Part shown: positions 42,453 through 56,115 of the stretch, piece by piece
How positions within the stretch are numbered: position 1 is the stretch's first letter
How the letters are laid out: every line of letters begins with the position of its first letter
The notes under the pieces: generated by a model
The model's database searches: none
Told to the model about the DNA's origin: nothing
What the model saw: only the letters and a program-made list of their open reading frames with translations
Position numbers and translations under genes: made by a program
Source: Escherichia coli
GTDB lineage: Bacteria > Pseudomonadota > Gammaproteobacteria > Enterobacterales > Enterobacteriaceae
Direction: 5' to 3' (one strand)
Length of the DNA: 64,000 nucleotides
Assembly: GCF_044324875.1 (NCBI RefSeq)
Contig: NZ_CP172185.1

Positions 42453-42673
42453 AACGTTTGCTACGGCCTCTGCTAAATATTTAAATGAGATAAATGCACT
42501 TTTTTATATAACTTTTGGTATTTTTCTGCTTAAAATCCATGCCATTTGTTCATTAACAGCTGAGAATTTGACCCAGGAAAGCATAACTCGATACCCGTCA
42601 TAGTTCATAAGTTGCCACTGCGCGATGAAGTATGACGAGTATGAAAGAGTGATGCGGATACAAAGGAGTAACT

Positions 42674-43879
42674 ATGTTTCATCTCGATACTTTAGCAACG
42701 CTTGTTGCCGCAACGCTGACGTTGCTGCTCGGGCGTAAGTTGGTCCATTCCGTCTCCTTTTTGAAGAAATACACCATACCGGAACCTGTTGCGGGTGGTT
42801 TGTTGGTGGCGCTGGCGCTACTGGTACTGAAAAAAAGCATGGGCTGGGAAGTCAACTTTGATATGTCCCTGCGCGATCCGTTAATGCTGGCTTTCTTCGC
42901 CACCATTGGCCTGAACGCCAACATTGCCAGTTTGCGTGCCGGTGGGCGTGTGGTTGGCATCTTCTTGATTGTGGTTGTTGGTCTGTTGGTGATGCAAAAT
43001 GCCATTGGCATTGGTATGGCTAGCCTGTTAGGGCTTGATCCGCTGATGGGGCTGTTGGCCGGTTCTATTACGCTTTCCGGCGGTCACGGTACGGGCGCTG
43101 CGTGGAGTAAATTGTTCATTGAACGCTATGGCTTCACCAATGCGACGGAAGTGGCGATGGCCTGTGCGACGTTTGGTCTGGTGCTGGGCGGCTTGATTGG
43201 CGGTCCGGTAGCGCGCTATCTGGTGAAACACTCCACCACGCCGAACGGTATTCCGGATGACCAGGAAGTCCCGACGGCGTTCGAAAAGCCGGATGTGGGC
43301 CGCATGATCACCTCGCTGGTGCTGATTGAAACTATCGCGCTGATTGCTATCTGCCTGACGGTGGGGAAAATTGTTGCGCAACTTTTGGCTGGCACTGCTT
43401 TTGAACTGCCGACCTTCGTCTGTGTACTGTTTGTTGGCGTGATTCTGAGCAACGGTCTGTCAATGATGGGCTTTTACCGCGTCTTTGAGCGTGCGGTATC
43501 CGTGCTGGGTAACGTAAGCCTGTCGTTGTTCCTGGCGATGGCGCTGATGGGGCTGAAACTATGGGAGCTGGCTTCGCTGGCGCTGCCGATGCTGGCGATT
43601 CTGGTGGTACAGACCATCTTCATGGCGTTGTATGCCATCTTCGTTACCTGGCGCATGATGGGCAAAAACTACGATGCGGCGGTGCTGGCTGCGGGTCATT
43701 GTGGTTTTGGCCTCGGTGCAACGCCAACGGCAATCGCCAACATGCAGGCGATCACTGAACGTTTTGGCCCGTCGCACATGGCGTTCCTGGTAGTGCCGAT
43801 GGTCGGTGCGTTCTTTATTGATATCGTTAACGCGCTGGTGATTAAGCTGTATTTAATGTTGCCGATTTTTGCCGGTTAA
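42674..43879 (+). CDS. gltS: Sodium/glutamate symporter
   Basis: 401 aa MFHLDTLATLVAATLTLLLGRK...; matches K-12 GltS. Confidence 0.95.
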   Translation: MFHLDTLATLVAATLTLLLGRKLVHSVSFLKKYTIPEPVAGGLLVALALLVLKKSMGWEVNFDMSLRDPLMLAFFATIGLNANIASLRAGGRVVGIFLIVVVGLLVMQNAIGIGMASLLGLDPLMGLLAGSITLSGGHGTGAAWSKLFIERYGFTNATEVAMACATFGLVLGGLIGGPVARYLVKHSTTPNGIPDDQEVPTAFEKPDVGRMITSLVLIETIALIAICLTVGKIVAQLLAGTAFELPTFVCVLFVGVILSNGLSMMGFYRVFERAVSVLGNVSLSLFLAMALMGLKLWELASLALPMLAILVVQTIFMALYAIFVTWRMMGKNYDAAVLAAGHCGFGLGATPTAIANMQAITERFGPSHMAFLVVPMVGAFFIDIVNALVIKLYLMLPIFAG

Positions 43880-43886
43880 CCGATGA

Positions 43887-43915
43887 AGCGGCGGTCTTCT
43901 CACCGCCGCCTTTTA
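43887..43915 (+). terminator. Hairpin terminator between convergent gltS and recG
   Basis: ggcggtcttctcaccgcc followed by gccttttacg. Confidence 0.5.
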
Positions 43916-45994
43916 CGCATTCGAGTAACGTTCCGTCTCCGGCATCCAGCGTTCTATCAGGGCTTTTGCTTGTTGTGGGTAACGTTCGTGAATATGTCGC
44001 GCCAGGCGCTGAACTTCCGGGATCATCGCCTGGTCGCGCAGTAAATCCGCCACTTTAAACTCAGCATTACCCGTCTGACGCGTACCTAACAGTTCACCCG
44101 GTCCGCGAATCTCTAAGTCTTTCTGTGCAATCACAAACCCGTCATTGCTGTCGCGCAGCACTTGCAGGCGAATTTGCGCCGTTTTAGAAAGCGGCGTTTT
44201 GTAGAGCAGCACGCAGTGAGAAGCCACCGCACCACGACCTACACGCCCGCGAAGCTGGTGTAACTGCGCCAGACCCAGACGCTCAGGGTTTTCGATAATC
44301 ATCAGACTGGCGTTAGGCACATCAACGCCGACTTCAATAACGGTAGTGGCAACCAGCAGGTGTAACTCGCCTTGTTTAAATGATGCCATGACGGCCTGCT
44401 TCTCGGCTGGTTTCATCCGTCCGTGTACCAGACCAACATTCAACTCTGGTAGCGCCAGTTTCAACTCTTCCCAGGTAGCTTCCGCCGCCTGCGCTTCCAG
44501 TAACTCTGACTCTTCAATCAACGTACAAACCCAGTATGCCTGACGACCTTCAGTTATGCAGGCGTGGCGCACGCGGTCAATAATGTCGGTACGGCGGGTA
44601 TCAGGAATAGCGACCGTAGTCACTGGCGTGCGGCCTGGCGGCAGCTCATCTATCACCGAGGTATCGAGATCAGCATACGCAGTCATTGCCAGCGTTCGGG
44701 GGATCGGCGTGGCGGTCATGATCAACTGATGAGGATGGAAGCCTTGCTGCTGGCCTTTCTCCCATAACGCCAGACGCTGATGCACGCCAAAACGATGCTG
44801 TTCGTCGATAATCACCAGCGCCAGGCCGTTAAACTGCACCTGTTCCTGGAAGATGGCGTGTGTTCCGACAATCATCTGCACCTGACCGCTGGCGATGGCT
44901 TCCTGCTGTGCCAGCCGCGCTTTACCTTTCTGCTTACCGGCGAGCCAGCCCACTTCGATACCGAGCGGTGCAAACCAGTTACGGAAGTTATTGGCGTGCT
45001 GTTCGGCGAGTAATTCGGTTGGTGCCATCAATGCCACCTGTTTGCCGTGGGCAATCGCACGCAGCGCGGCGATGGCAGCGACCAGCGTTTTACCGGAACC
45101 TACATCGCCCTGTACCAGGCGCATCATCGGCGCATCCAGCGCCATATCGCGCTCGATCTCCGCCACCACGCGTGCCTGTGCGCCCGTTGGCTTGAACGGT
45201 AAGGCTGCGAGGAGTTTATTTTTCAGCGCGTCATTGGCGCTCAGCGGCTGGGCATGGAAACGTTGTGCACCAGCGCGTAACGCCAACATGCTGAGGTTGT
45301 GCGCAAGCAGTTCTTCCAGAATCAGCCGGCGTTGTGCCGGATGCTGCCCGGTTTCCAGATCGCTAAGCTGTAGCGTCGGTGGCGGGCGGTGCAAAGTGCG
45401 CAACGCTTCCGGTAGCGTCATCATTCCTTGTGACAGTTCCGGCGGCAGGAGTTCTTCAATGGCGCAGGTGTCGAGCAGATCCAGCGCCTGGTCGGTTAAT
45501 TTACGCAGCGTGGCCTGCTTTACGCCTTCCGTTGTTGGGTAAACCGGCGTTAGCGTTTCCTGCAACTCTGGCGTACTGAGATCGCCCTGCACGCGGTATT
45601 CCGGGTGGATCATCTCCGCGCCATATTTACCGCGCTTTGCTTCTCCATAGGCCAGCACGCGGCGGCCCGTCGTCAGGCTATTTTTCATTGCCGCGTTGAA
45701 GTTGAAAAAGCGCATGGTGAGAATGCCGGAACCGTCGCTGATCTGGCAGGTCATCATCCGCCGACCGCCGAAGGAGATATTGCAGTTCAGTACTTCGCCT
45801 TCTACCGTGGCATAAACGCCCGGTAGTAGTTCTCCGATGGGGTAGAGATGGGTGCGATCTTCGTAGCGCAGGGGAAGGTGTAAGAGTAGATCCTGCACGG
45901 TATGCAGGTTGATTTTCGCCAGCTTGTTACTAAGCGCTGCACCAACGCCCGTTAGGGAACTGAGCGGGACAGCATCTAACAGGCGACCTTTCAT
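43913..45994 (-). CDS. recG: ATP-dependent DNA helicase RecG
   Basis: 693 aa from MKGRLLDAVPLSSLTGVGAALSNKLAKI with SF2 helicase motifs (GDVGSGKT, DEQHRFG). The ORF has an 11-codon upstream extension that is unlikely to be real. Confidence 0.95.
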   Translation of the reverse strand: MKGRLLDAVPLSSLTGVGAALSNKLAKINLHTVQDLLLHLPLRYEDRTHLYPIGELLPGVYATVEGEVLNCNISFGGRRMMTCQISDGSGILTMRFFNFNAAMKNSLTTGRRVLAYGEAKRGKYGAEMIHPEYRVQGDLSTPELQETLTPVYPTTEGVKQATLRKLTDQALDLLDTCAIEELLPPELSQGMMTLPEALRTLHRPPPTLQLSDLETGQHPAQRRLILEELLAHNLSMLALRAGAQRFHAQPLSANDALKNKLLAALPFKPTGAQARVVAEIERDMALDAPMMRLVQGDVGSGKTLVAAIAALRAIAHGKQVALMAPTELLAEQHANNFRNWFAPLGIEVGWLAGKQKGKARLAQQEAIASGQVQMIVGTHAIFQEQVQFNGLALVIIDEQHRFGVHQRLALWEKGQQQGFHPHQLIMTATPIPRTLAMTAYADLDTSVIDELPPGRTPVTTVAIPDTRRTDIIDRVRHACITEGRQAYWVCTLIEESELLEAQAAEATWEELKLALPELNVGLVHGRMKPAEKQAVMASFKQGELHLLVATTVIEVGVDVPNASLMIIENPERLGLAQLHQLRGRVGRGAVASHCVLLYKTPLSKTAQIRLQVLRDSNDGFVIAQKDLEIRGPGELLGTRQTGNAEFKVADLLRDQAMIPEVQRLARHIHERYPQQAKALIERWMPETERYSNA

Positions 45995-45999
45995 GGTAC

Positions 46000-46689
46000 T
46001 TACCCTGCAGCTTGCATAGTGGCCCACCAGTCGGCATCGGCTTCAATTTCGCCCTGCTGATTGACGTGGGGGTAAGGCAGGCCTTTGCGTTTTGCGACTT
46101 TCGCCAGCACCGGATAGCCGCCTTCAAACAGCAGGCGTTGTTGCTCTGCTTCCGGCAACATGCTGTTTTCACGCAGGTACATGCCCGCATTTTGCCGCTG
46201 GCGCTGGGCTTCGTAAAGAATGAGGGCTGAGGCAACGGAAACATTCAGCGATTGCACCATGCCAATCATCGGAATGATGATGTCCCGATCCGCCAGGGCC
46301 AACGCTTCCTGCGTGATGCCTGTTTTCTCCTGTCCCATCAAAATACAGGTCGGGCGAGTGTAATCAATTTCGCGGAAATCGACAGCGTTATCAGAAAGAT
46401 GGGTTGCCAGAATCTGCATGCCCTGGCCTTTCAGATGAGCGACGGCATCGCCAATGGTGCGGTGCGTTTTCACCTGTACCCAGCTGTTACTACCCGCAGC
46501 TGCCGAAGCCATGGTGCGCATCCGGCTACCAGGCCAGACAGCATGAACTTCATGTACACCAACGGCATCTGCGGTACGAATAATCGCAGAAACGTTATGA
46601 GGTTTGTGGACCTGCTCCATGCAGACGGTCAGATCAGGCTGCCGCCTGGCGAGCATTTCGCAGATACGTGCATAACGTGTTGGGTTCAT
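46000..46689 (-). CDS. trmH: tRNA (Gm18) 2'-O-methyltransferase
   Basis: 229 aa MNPTRYARICEMLARRQPDLTVCMEQVHKPHNVSAIIRTADAVG (SpoU family). Confidence 0.95.
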   Translation of the reverse strand: MNPTRYARICEMLARRQPDLTVCMEQVHKPHNVSAIIRTADAVGVHEVHAVWPGSRMRTMASAAAGSNSWVQVKTHRTIGDAVAHLKGQGMQILATHLSDNAVDFREIDYTRPTCILMGQEKTGITQEALALADRDIIIPMIGMVQSLNVSVASALILYEAQRQRQNAGMYLRENSMLPEAEQQRLLFEGGYPVLAKVAKRKGLPYPHVNQQGEIEADADWWATMQAAG

Positions 46690-46695
46690 AAAACA

Positions 46696-48804
46696 TTAAT
46701 TTCGGTTTCGGGTGACTTTAATCACGTCTGGCATCACGCGGATTTTGCGCATGATATTCGCCAGATGCACACGGTCACGGGCGGTCAGACGAATAAAGGC
46801 GCTGTAGACGCGACCATCTTTCTCTTCCGTATTCAAACTTTGAATATTCGAGGTGGTGGTGTTAATTGCCGCTGTCAGGTTTGCCAGCGCGCCCTGATGA
46901 TTGAACATCTCCACCTTGATTTCGGTGATGAACTCCTGCGCCGTCTCTTTATCCCATTCCACAGCCATAAACTTCTCTGGCTCTTTCTGGTAGCCACGGA
47001 TGTTACGGCAGGATTCATGGTGGATCACCAGACCTTTACCGGGGCTGACGTGGGCGATAATCGGGTCGCCAGGAATAGGGCGGCAGCATTTCGCAAAGGT
47101 GATCAACACGCCATCGGCACCTTTAATGGGCAGATGTCCGTGACTTTGGGTTGCCGGTGGAATGGAGGCGTCCCCATGTTGCAGATTTTTCGCGACCACC
47201 ACGCTCATTGCGTTACCAAGGCCGATTTCAGCCAGCAGATCGTCAAGCGTTGCCAGCTTCATGCGGTCCAGCTCGCGCTGAATATTTTCCTGCGGGATTT
47301 CATTGAGCTTGCGGCTGCCACCCAACGCATGGTTGAGCAGACGACGGCCCAGGCTTACAGAATCATCACGCTTGAGGTTTTTCAGCAATTGACGAATTTT
47401 GGCGCGCGCTTTCGAGCTAACGACAAAGTTCAGCCACGCGGCATTCGGGCGAGCGCCAGGTGCGGTAATAATTTCAACGGTTTGACCGCTGGTAAGCGGC
47501 TGCGACAGCGGGTAAGGCTGGCGGTCGACGCGTGCGCCCACGCAGGCATGACCGATATCGGTATGCACCGCATAAGCGAAGTCGACGGGCGTTGCACCGG
47601 CAGGCAGCTCTACAATGCGCCCTTCCGGTGTGAAAACGTAAATTTCATCCGGGAAGAGATCGGATTTAACGCTCTCGATAAATTCAAACGAGCTACCGGC
47701 ACTCTGTTGCAGCTCCAGCAGGCTTTGCATCCAGCGCTGGGCGCGGATTTGTGCGGTGGTACTGGTTTCGCCGTGCTCTTTATAAGCCCAGTGCGCGGCA
47801 ACACCCATCTCTGCCATCTGATCCATATCTTCGGTACGGATCTGGACCTCAACCGGCACGCCGTGCGGGCCAATCATCGAGGTGTGCAACGACTGATAGC
47901 CGTTTGCTTTGGGAATGGCGATGTAGTCTTTCACACGACCCGGACGCGGCTTGTACAGGCTATGCATTTGCCCGAGCACGCGATAACAGGTGTCGGAATC
48001 ATTGACGATCACGCGGAAGGCGTAGATGTCCATAATCGAGTGAAAACGCTGCTCTTTGAGCACCATTTTGCAGTAAATCGAATAAAGATGCTTCTCGCGA
48101 CCACTGACGCGGCACGGTATTCCCGCTTCCTGCAAACGCCCTTCGATTTCAGAGAGGATTTTTTGGATCATCTCTTTACGGTTGCCGCGCGCGGCTTTCA
48201 CCACTTCTTTGATTACGCGGTAACGGTTGGGATACAGCGCCTCAAAACCCAGCTCTTCGAGTTCGGTTTTAATGTGGTGGATACCTAAACGGTGCGCCAG
48301 CGGGCTGTAAATTTCGAGTGTTTCACGGGCGATGCGGCGACGTTTGTCCGGGCGAAGTGAGCCCAGCGTGCGCATGTTGTGGGTACGGTCGGCAAGTTTG
48401 ATGAGAATGACGCGGATATCCTGCACCATCGCCATAATCATCTTGCGAAAGTTTTCGGCCTGCGCCTCTTTCTTATCGCGGAACTTGAGCTTATCAAGTT
48501 TCGACACCCCCTCTACCAGCTCGGCGACGCTTTTACCAAAAAGCTGTTCCATGTCCTGGTAGGTGGCGGGAGTATCTTCAATCACGTCATGCAGCAGCGC
48601 CGCCATAAGCGTTTCATAGTCGAGTTTCATCTCGGCCAGAATGCAGGCAACCGCCACCGGGTGCGTGATATAGGGTTCACCGCTTGAACGTGTTTGCCCC
48701 TCGTGAGCATCACGTGCAACGAGATACGCCTGCCGCAGACGCTTGATTTGGTCTTCCGGCAGGTAGGTTTGAATCAGTTGATTCAGGCTTTCAAACAGAT
48801 ACAA
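46696..48804 (-). CDS. spoT: Bifunctional (p)ppGpp synthetase/hydrolase
   Basis: 702 aa MYLFESLNQLIQTYLPEDQIKRLRQAYLVARDAHEGQTRSSGEPYITHP (HD domain). Confidence 0.95.
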   Translation of the reverse strand: MYLFESLNQLIQTYLPEDQIKRLRQAYLVARDAHEGQTRSSGEPYITHPVAVACILAEMKLDYETLMAALLHDVIEDTPATYQDMEQLFGKSVAELVEGVSKLDKLKFRDKKEAQAENFRKMIMAMVQDIRVILIKLADRTHNMRTLGSLRPDKRRRIARETLEIYSPLAHRLGIHHIKTELEELGFEALYPNRYRVIKEVVKAARGNRKEMIQKILSEIEGRLQEAGIPCRVSGREKHLYSIYCKMVLKEQRFHSIMDIYAFRVIVNDSDTCYRVLGQMHSLYKPRPGRVKDYIAIPKANGYQSLHTSMIGPHGVPVEVQIRTEDMDQMAEMGVAAHWAYKEHGETSTTAQIRAQRWMQSLLELQQSAGSSFEFIESVKSDLFPDEIYVFTPEGRIVELPAGATPVDFAYAVHTDIGHACVGARVDRQPYPLSQPLTSGQTVEIITAPGARPNAAWLNFVVSSKARAKIRQLLKNLKRDDSVSLGRRLLNHALGGSRKLNEIPQENIQRELDRMKLATLDDLLAEIGLGNAMSVVVAKNLQHGDASIPPATQSHGHLPIKGADGVLITFAKCCRPIPGDPIIAHVSPGKGLVIHHESCRNIRGYQKEPEKFMAVEWDKETAQEFITEIKVEMFNHQGALANLTAAINTTTSNIQSLNTEEKDGRVYSAFIRLTARDRVHLANIMRKIRVMPDVIKVTRNRN

Positions 48805-48822
48805 GGGCGACCCGCTTTGTGA

Positions 48823-49098
48823 TTAACGACGACCTTCAGCAATAGCGGTAACGGCTTGTAATTCAGCGGCTTCCTGCTCTTGCTGTTCCTGGCGTTCACG
48901 AACGTCGAGGATCTGGTTGTTGATCAGACCTTCTTCGATTTCGCGCAGCGCGATTACAGTGGTTTTATCGTTTTCTTCCGGTACCAGCGGATCCTTTCCG
49001 CCTACCTGCATCTGACGAGCGCGACGCGCGGCGACCAGTACCAGGTCAAAACGGTTACCAATTTTCTCTACAGCGTCCTGAACAGTTACGCGTGCCAT
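48823..49098 (-). CDS. rpoZ: RNA polymerase omega subunit
   Basis: 91 aa [31 protein letters not shown]. Confidence 0.95.
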
Positions 49099-49152
49099 AC
49101 TTAAAAAGCTCCACAGGTGAAGAAATGACTGGGCATGATACTGAAATCAGGT

Positions 49153-49940
<788 letters not shown>

Positions 49941-49941
49941 C

Positions 49942-52330
<2,389 letters not shown>

Positions 52331-52620
52331 GGTTCTCTCCCTAAAAATCTGTCTGGCAGGGTAGCGATTTGTGCGTATTGTCACGATTGAGATTTTTTAA
52401 GGTGAGAGGAAATTGATAACTTGTAGTTATGTGAAATCGCTATTTTCTGTAGCGTAGATGCATTCTTCTGACTTCTTGTCTGAGAAAATGCATAAGAAAA
52501 AATAGGTTAAAATTGAGGGGTGGAAAAGAAAGGTGCAATGTTTAGCCATTGTGTTCACCGCACCTGGACTTTGGCTTACGCATCGGGTATCTCAATCAAC
52601 AAAAGAGTTTTTAGTTTCTG

Positions 52621-53445
52621 CTATTTCTTCTCTGTAATTTTTACACTGTTTTCCAACTGCTTGATGCTGACCTGCGGGGTCGGCAACTCCTCAGGCATGG
52701 TTCCGCCAAGTTCCTGAATGGTTTGCCTCACCTTGCTACCCACGTCAAAGTGTGTGGTATTAGCTTGCTGTTTTGAATTCACGCCATCCCGCTTGAGTTT
52801 TTCTTCTGTTTGGGTAGCTCGAAAGAGATTAGCCGCCAGTTCTGTTGAACCCATATGATCCAGGATCTTCTGACTCTTTTTCAGCCCCTTCCGCTGATGG
52901 ATGGCTTTCTGATCTAATCCACCATACAGCCCCCGGTAACCATGATTCTGAAATATGGCGAAATCGATAGCTGTCGCTACCCCAGCTTGCTGCGCTGCCT
53001 CAACTAATTGTTTGTTATGTTCTTTCAACTCATTTCTCAGAAAAAGACGCTTTTCGTCTTCACGAAGTTGCCTGAAAGCTTCATCGTCAGCCAGCTCCTG
53101 TCGTCGGGTCTGGATAGCAAAATAAGTTTGCCCTGCCGCAATAACCGGTTTCGCAGGGTCGCCGTTTTGTACTACCAGGTAACAGGCATAGCGGGAGAGT
53201 ACGATGTCTTTTAATGCTCTTTTGGCATTTGAGCCAATTTTGACCATATCGAGGATCTCCTCGAAATGGTCATCAATTGTGTGACCACTATTCAGACAAG
53301 CTTCTTTGGCGCGCGTTAATACAGGTATAAAGTGACGATACTCTGAATAACCCAGTAGTTTCCCAAGTTGTCTTGCTGACCATTGTTCTGCTCCGTTTGC
53401 ATTAATCAGCTTTATCTCTTCAAAAGGTTGATGATGTTCGTTCAT
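52621..53445 (-). CDS. dinD: DNA-damage-inducible protein D
   Basis: 274 aa from MNEHHQPFEEIKLINANGAEQWSARQLGKLLGY (Bro-N-like). Confidence 0.9.
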   Translation of the reverse strand: MNEHHQPFEEIKLINANGAEQWSARQLGKLLGYSEYRHFIPVLTRAKEACLNSGHTIDDHFEEILDMVKIGSNAKRALKDIVLSRYACYLVVQNGDPAKPVIAAGQTYFAIQTRRQELADDEAFRQLREDEKRLFLRNELKEHNKQLVEAAQQAGVATAIDFAIFQNHGYRGLYGGLDQKAIHQRKGLKKSQKILDHMGSTELAANLFRATQTEEKLKRDGVNSKQQANTTHFDVGSKVRQTIQELGGTMPEELPTPQVSIKQLENSVKITEKK

Positions 53446-53490
53446 TGCCCACTCCATGTGATATCGATTGCAAGGAAAGTAAGTCTACAA

Positions 53491-53506
53491 CTGTGTTTAT
53501 ATACAG
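53491..53506. promoter_or_regulatory. LexA box (SOS operator) upstream of dinD
   Basis: ctgtgtttatatacag is a perfect CTGT-N8-ACAG, ~50 bp upstream of the dinD start. Confidence 0.8.
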
Positions 53507-53594
53507 TTGTGAGTATCTCACGTTCTCACTGCGCTGGGCAAAAAAACATCGCAAAATCTGGAGCAGGCACGCAAAACAGAATTGAATGTTGCGG

Positions 53595-53629
53595 GGAAGA
53601 AAAATGCCGCTCTGTTTTAGTGGCGGCAT
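53595..53629 (-). terminator. Rho-independent terminator downstream of yicC
   Basis: Minus-strand hairpin atgccgcc...ggcggcat followed by tttttctt. Confidence 0.6.
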
Positions 53630-53665
53630 TTGTGAAGGCGGAAAAGTAAGAATTGGCGTTACGAG

Positions 53666-54529
53666 TTACTCGATATTCTGGATCTGCTCGCGCATCTGCT
53701 CAATCAACACTTTCAGCTCAATCGCGGAGTTTGTCACTTCGGCATTGATAGACTTCGACGCAAGAGTGTTCGACTCGCGGTTGAATTCCTGCATCATAAA
53801 GTCCAGACGACGACCAACGGCTTCTTTTTTCTTCAGAATGTTGTAGGTCTCTTTGACATGCGCTTCTAGGCGGTCCAGTTCTTCGGCAACGTCAATTCGT
53901 TGTGCCAGCAGAACCAACTCCTGCTCCAGACGGTTGTTTTCCAACTGAACCTGAGCATCTTCCAGCTTCGCGACCAGACGCTCACGCTGCCATTGCAGGA
54001 TTTCCGGCATATGGGCGCGGACTTTGACCACTTCGGCGGTGACGCCTTCCAGACGCTGCTCGATCAATGCTTTCAGCGCCTGACCTTCGGTTTCGCGCGC
54101 GACGATAAAGTCGTCCAGCGTACCATCCAACGCCGCGAGAATTTCAGCGGCAATCGCGTCGAGATCCTGCTCCTGGGCTGCCATCACGCCCGGCCAGCGT
54201 AGAATATCAACCGGGTTGATTTCCCCTTCGTCACTCTGCATTTTTACCCAGTTCGCGGCAGTTACCAGCTGTTTAGCCAGTTTTTCGTTGAGGATCAGCT
54301 CACCTTGTGCGCTAACATCTGGTTCATAGCGCAGGGTACATTCCACTTTACCGCGCGTCAGGCGAGAACGAATACGCTCGCGAACGACAGGTTCAAGGCT
54401 ACGGAACTGCTCCGGCAGACGAAAGTAAGTTTCCAGATAACGCTGGTTTACCGAGCGCATTTCCCAGGTTGCGCTCCCCCATTCACCCTTGATTTCACGC
54501 CGGGCGTAGGCGGTCATACTGCGGATCAT
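53666..54529 (-). CDS. yicC: YicC-family stress-induced protein (endoribonuclease YicC)
   Basis: 287 aa MIRSMTAYARREIKGEWGSATWEMRSVNQRYLETYFRLPEQFR. Confidence 0.95.
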   Translation of the reverse strand: MIRSMTAYARREIKGEWGSATWEMRSVNQRYLETYFRLPEQFRSLEPVVRERIRSRLTRGKVECTLRYEPDVSAQGELILNEKLAKQLVTAANWVKMQSDEGEINPVDILRWPGVMAAQEQDLDAIAAEILAALDGTLDDFIVARETEGQALKALIEQRLEGVTAEVVKVRAHMPEILQWQRERLVAKLEDAQVQLENNRLEQELVLLAQRIDVAEELDRLEAHVKETYNILKKKEAVGRRLDFMMQEFNRESNTLASKSINAEVTNSAIELKVLIEQMREQIQNIE

Positions 54530-54655
54530 AGACGTTCCTGTTTATAAAAGGAGAGGTGGAAGGATTATAGCCATCGATGCCTTGTCAGGATAGGAATAAC
54601 CGCCGGAAGTCCGTATAATGCGCAGCCACATTTGTTTCAAGCCGGAGATTTCAAT

Positions 54656-55372
54656 ATGCGTCCAGCAGGCCGTAGCAATAATCAGGTGCGTCCCGTTACC
54701 CTGACTCGTAACTATACAAAACATGCAGAAGGCTCGGTGCTGGTCGAATTTGGCGATACCAAAGTATTGTGTACCGCCTCTATTGAAGAAGGCGTGCCGC
54801 GCTTCCTGAAAGGTCTGGGCCAGGGCTGGATCACCGCAGAGTACGGCATGCTGCCACGTTCTACCCACACCCGTAACGCGCGTGAAGCGGCGAAAGGTAA
54901 GCAGGGTGGACGCACCATGGAAATCCAGCGTCTGATCGCCCGTGCTCTTCGTGCGGCAGTAGATTTGAAAGCGCTGGGTGAGTTCACTATTACGCTGGAC
55001 TGCGACGTGCTTCAGGCTGATGGTGGCACGCGTACCGCTTCGATTACGGGTGCCTGCGTGGCGCTGGCAGATGCGCTACAGAAGCTGGTGGAAAACGGCA
55101 AGCTGAAAACCAACCCGATGAAAGGGATGGTAGCCGCAGTTTCTGTCGGGATTGTGAACGGCGAAGCGGTTTGCGATCTGGAATACGTTGAAGACTCTGC
55201 CGCTGAAACGGACATGAACGTGGTGATGACTGAAGACGGGCGCATCATTGAAGTGCAGGGGACGGCAGAAGGCGAGCCGTTCACCCATGAAGAGCTTCTC
55301 ACCTTGTTGGCGCTGGCCCGAGGGGGAATCGAATCCATTGTAGCGACGCAGAAGGCGGCGCTGGCAAACTGA
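54656..55372 (+). CDS. rph: RNase PH, full-length
   Basis: 238 aa from [39 protein letters not shown], with an intact C-terminus ending ...[11 protein letters not shown]. Confidence 0.95.
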   Translation: MRPAGRSNNQVRPVTLTRNYTKHAEGSVLVEFGDTKVLCTASIEEGVPRFLKGLGQGWITAEYGMLPRSTHTRNAREAAKGKQGGRTMEIQRLIARALRAAVDLKALGEFTITLDCDVLQADGGTRTASITGACVALADALQKLVENGKLKTNPMKGMVAAVSVGIVNGEAVCDLEYVEDSAAETDMNVVMTEDGRIIEVQGTAEGEPFTHEELLTLLALARGGIESIVATQKAALAN

Positions 55373-55379
55373 TTTTTAA

Positions 55380-55405
55380 GGCGACTGATGAGTCGCCTTT
55401 TTTTT
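55380..55405 (+). terminator. rph terminator / pyrE attenuator hairpin
   Basis: ggcgactgatgagtcgcc followed by eight T residues, lying between the rph stop and the pyrE start. Confidence 0.85.
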
Positions 55406-55437
55406 GTCTGTAGAAAAGTAAGATGAGGAGCGAAGGC

Positions 55438-56079
55438 ATGAAACCATATCAGCGCCAGTTTATTGAATTTGCGCTTAGCAAGCAGGTGTTAAAGTTTGGC
55501 GAGTTTACGCTGAAATCCGGGCGCAAAAGCCCCTATTTCTTCAACGCCGGGCTGTTTAATACCGGGCGCGATCTGGCACTGTTAGGCCGTTTTTACGCTG
55601 AAGCATTGGTGGATTCCGGCATTGAGTTCGATCTGCTGTTTGGCCCTGCTTACAAAGGGATCCCGATTGCGACCACTACCGCCGTGGCGCTGGCGGAGCA
55701 TCATGACCTTGACCTGCCGTACTGCTTTAACCGCAAAGAGGCAAAATACCACGGTGAAGGCGGCAATCTGGTTGGTAGCGCGTTACAAGGACGCGTAATG
55801 CTGGTAGATGATGTGATCACCGCCGGAACGGCGATCCGCGAGTCGATGGAAATTATTCAGGCCAATGGCGCGACGCTTGCTGGCGTATTGATTTCGCTCG
55901 ATCGTCAGGAACGGGGGCGCGGCGAGATTTCGGCAATTCAGGAAGTTGAGCGTGATTACAACTGCAAAGTGATCTCTATCATCACCCTGAAAGACCTGAT
56001 TGCTTACCTGGAAGAGAAGCCGGAAATGGCGAAACATCTGGCGGCGGTTAAGGCCTATCGCGAAGAGTTCGGCGTTTAA
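55438..56079 (+). CDS. pyrE: Orotate phosphoribosyltransferase
   Basis: 213 aa from [38 protein letters not shown]. Confidence 0.95.
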   Translation: MKPYQRQFIEFALSKQVLKFGEFTLKSGRKSPYFFNAGLFNTGRDLALLGRFYAEALVDSGIEFDLLFGPAYKGIPIATTTAVALAEHHDLDLPYCFNRKEAKYHGEGGNLVGSALQGRVMLVDDVITAGTAIRESMEIIQANGATLAGVLISLDRQERGRGEISAIQEVERDYNCKVISIITLKDLIAYLEEKPEMAKHLAAVKAYREEFGV

Positions 56080-56086
56080 AGAAACT

Positions 56087-56110
56087 CGCCGGATGAAAAG
56101 TCATCCGGCG
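56087..56110. terminator. Bidirectional terminator hairpin between pyrE and slmA
   Basis: cgccggatga aaag tcatccggcg, a perfect 10-bp stem. Confidence 0.7.
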
Positions 56111-56115
56111 TCATA

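Noticed and set aside
44346-45826. Cluster of plus-strand ORFs (65-215 aa) inside recG
   Set aside because: All lie antisense to recG, with skewed Ala/Arg/Ser composition and no motifs. They are artefacts of the high-GC coding strand.
43913-46027. 11-codon N-terminal extension of recG (MGHYASCRVST...) and similar upstream extensions of gmk, coaBC, coaD, yicH and the ROK kinase ORF
   Set aside because: The conserved protein N-termini begin at internal Met codons that have better spacing to Shine-Dalgarno-like sequences. The extensions are longest-ORF artefacts.
46252-48288. A 678-aa ORF on the plus strand covering almost the whole of spoT
   Set aside because: It is antisense to the highly conserved spoT gene and its translation is low-complexity (rich in R/H/C), which is typical of chance open frames opposite GC-rich genes. 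Not a gene.
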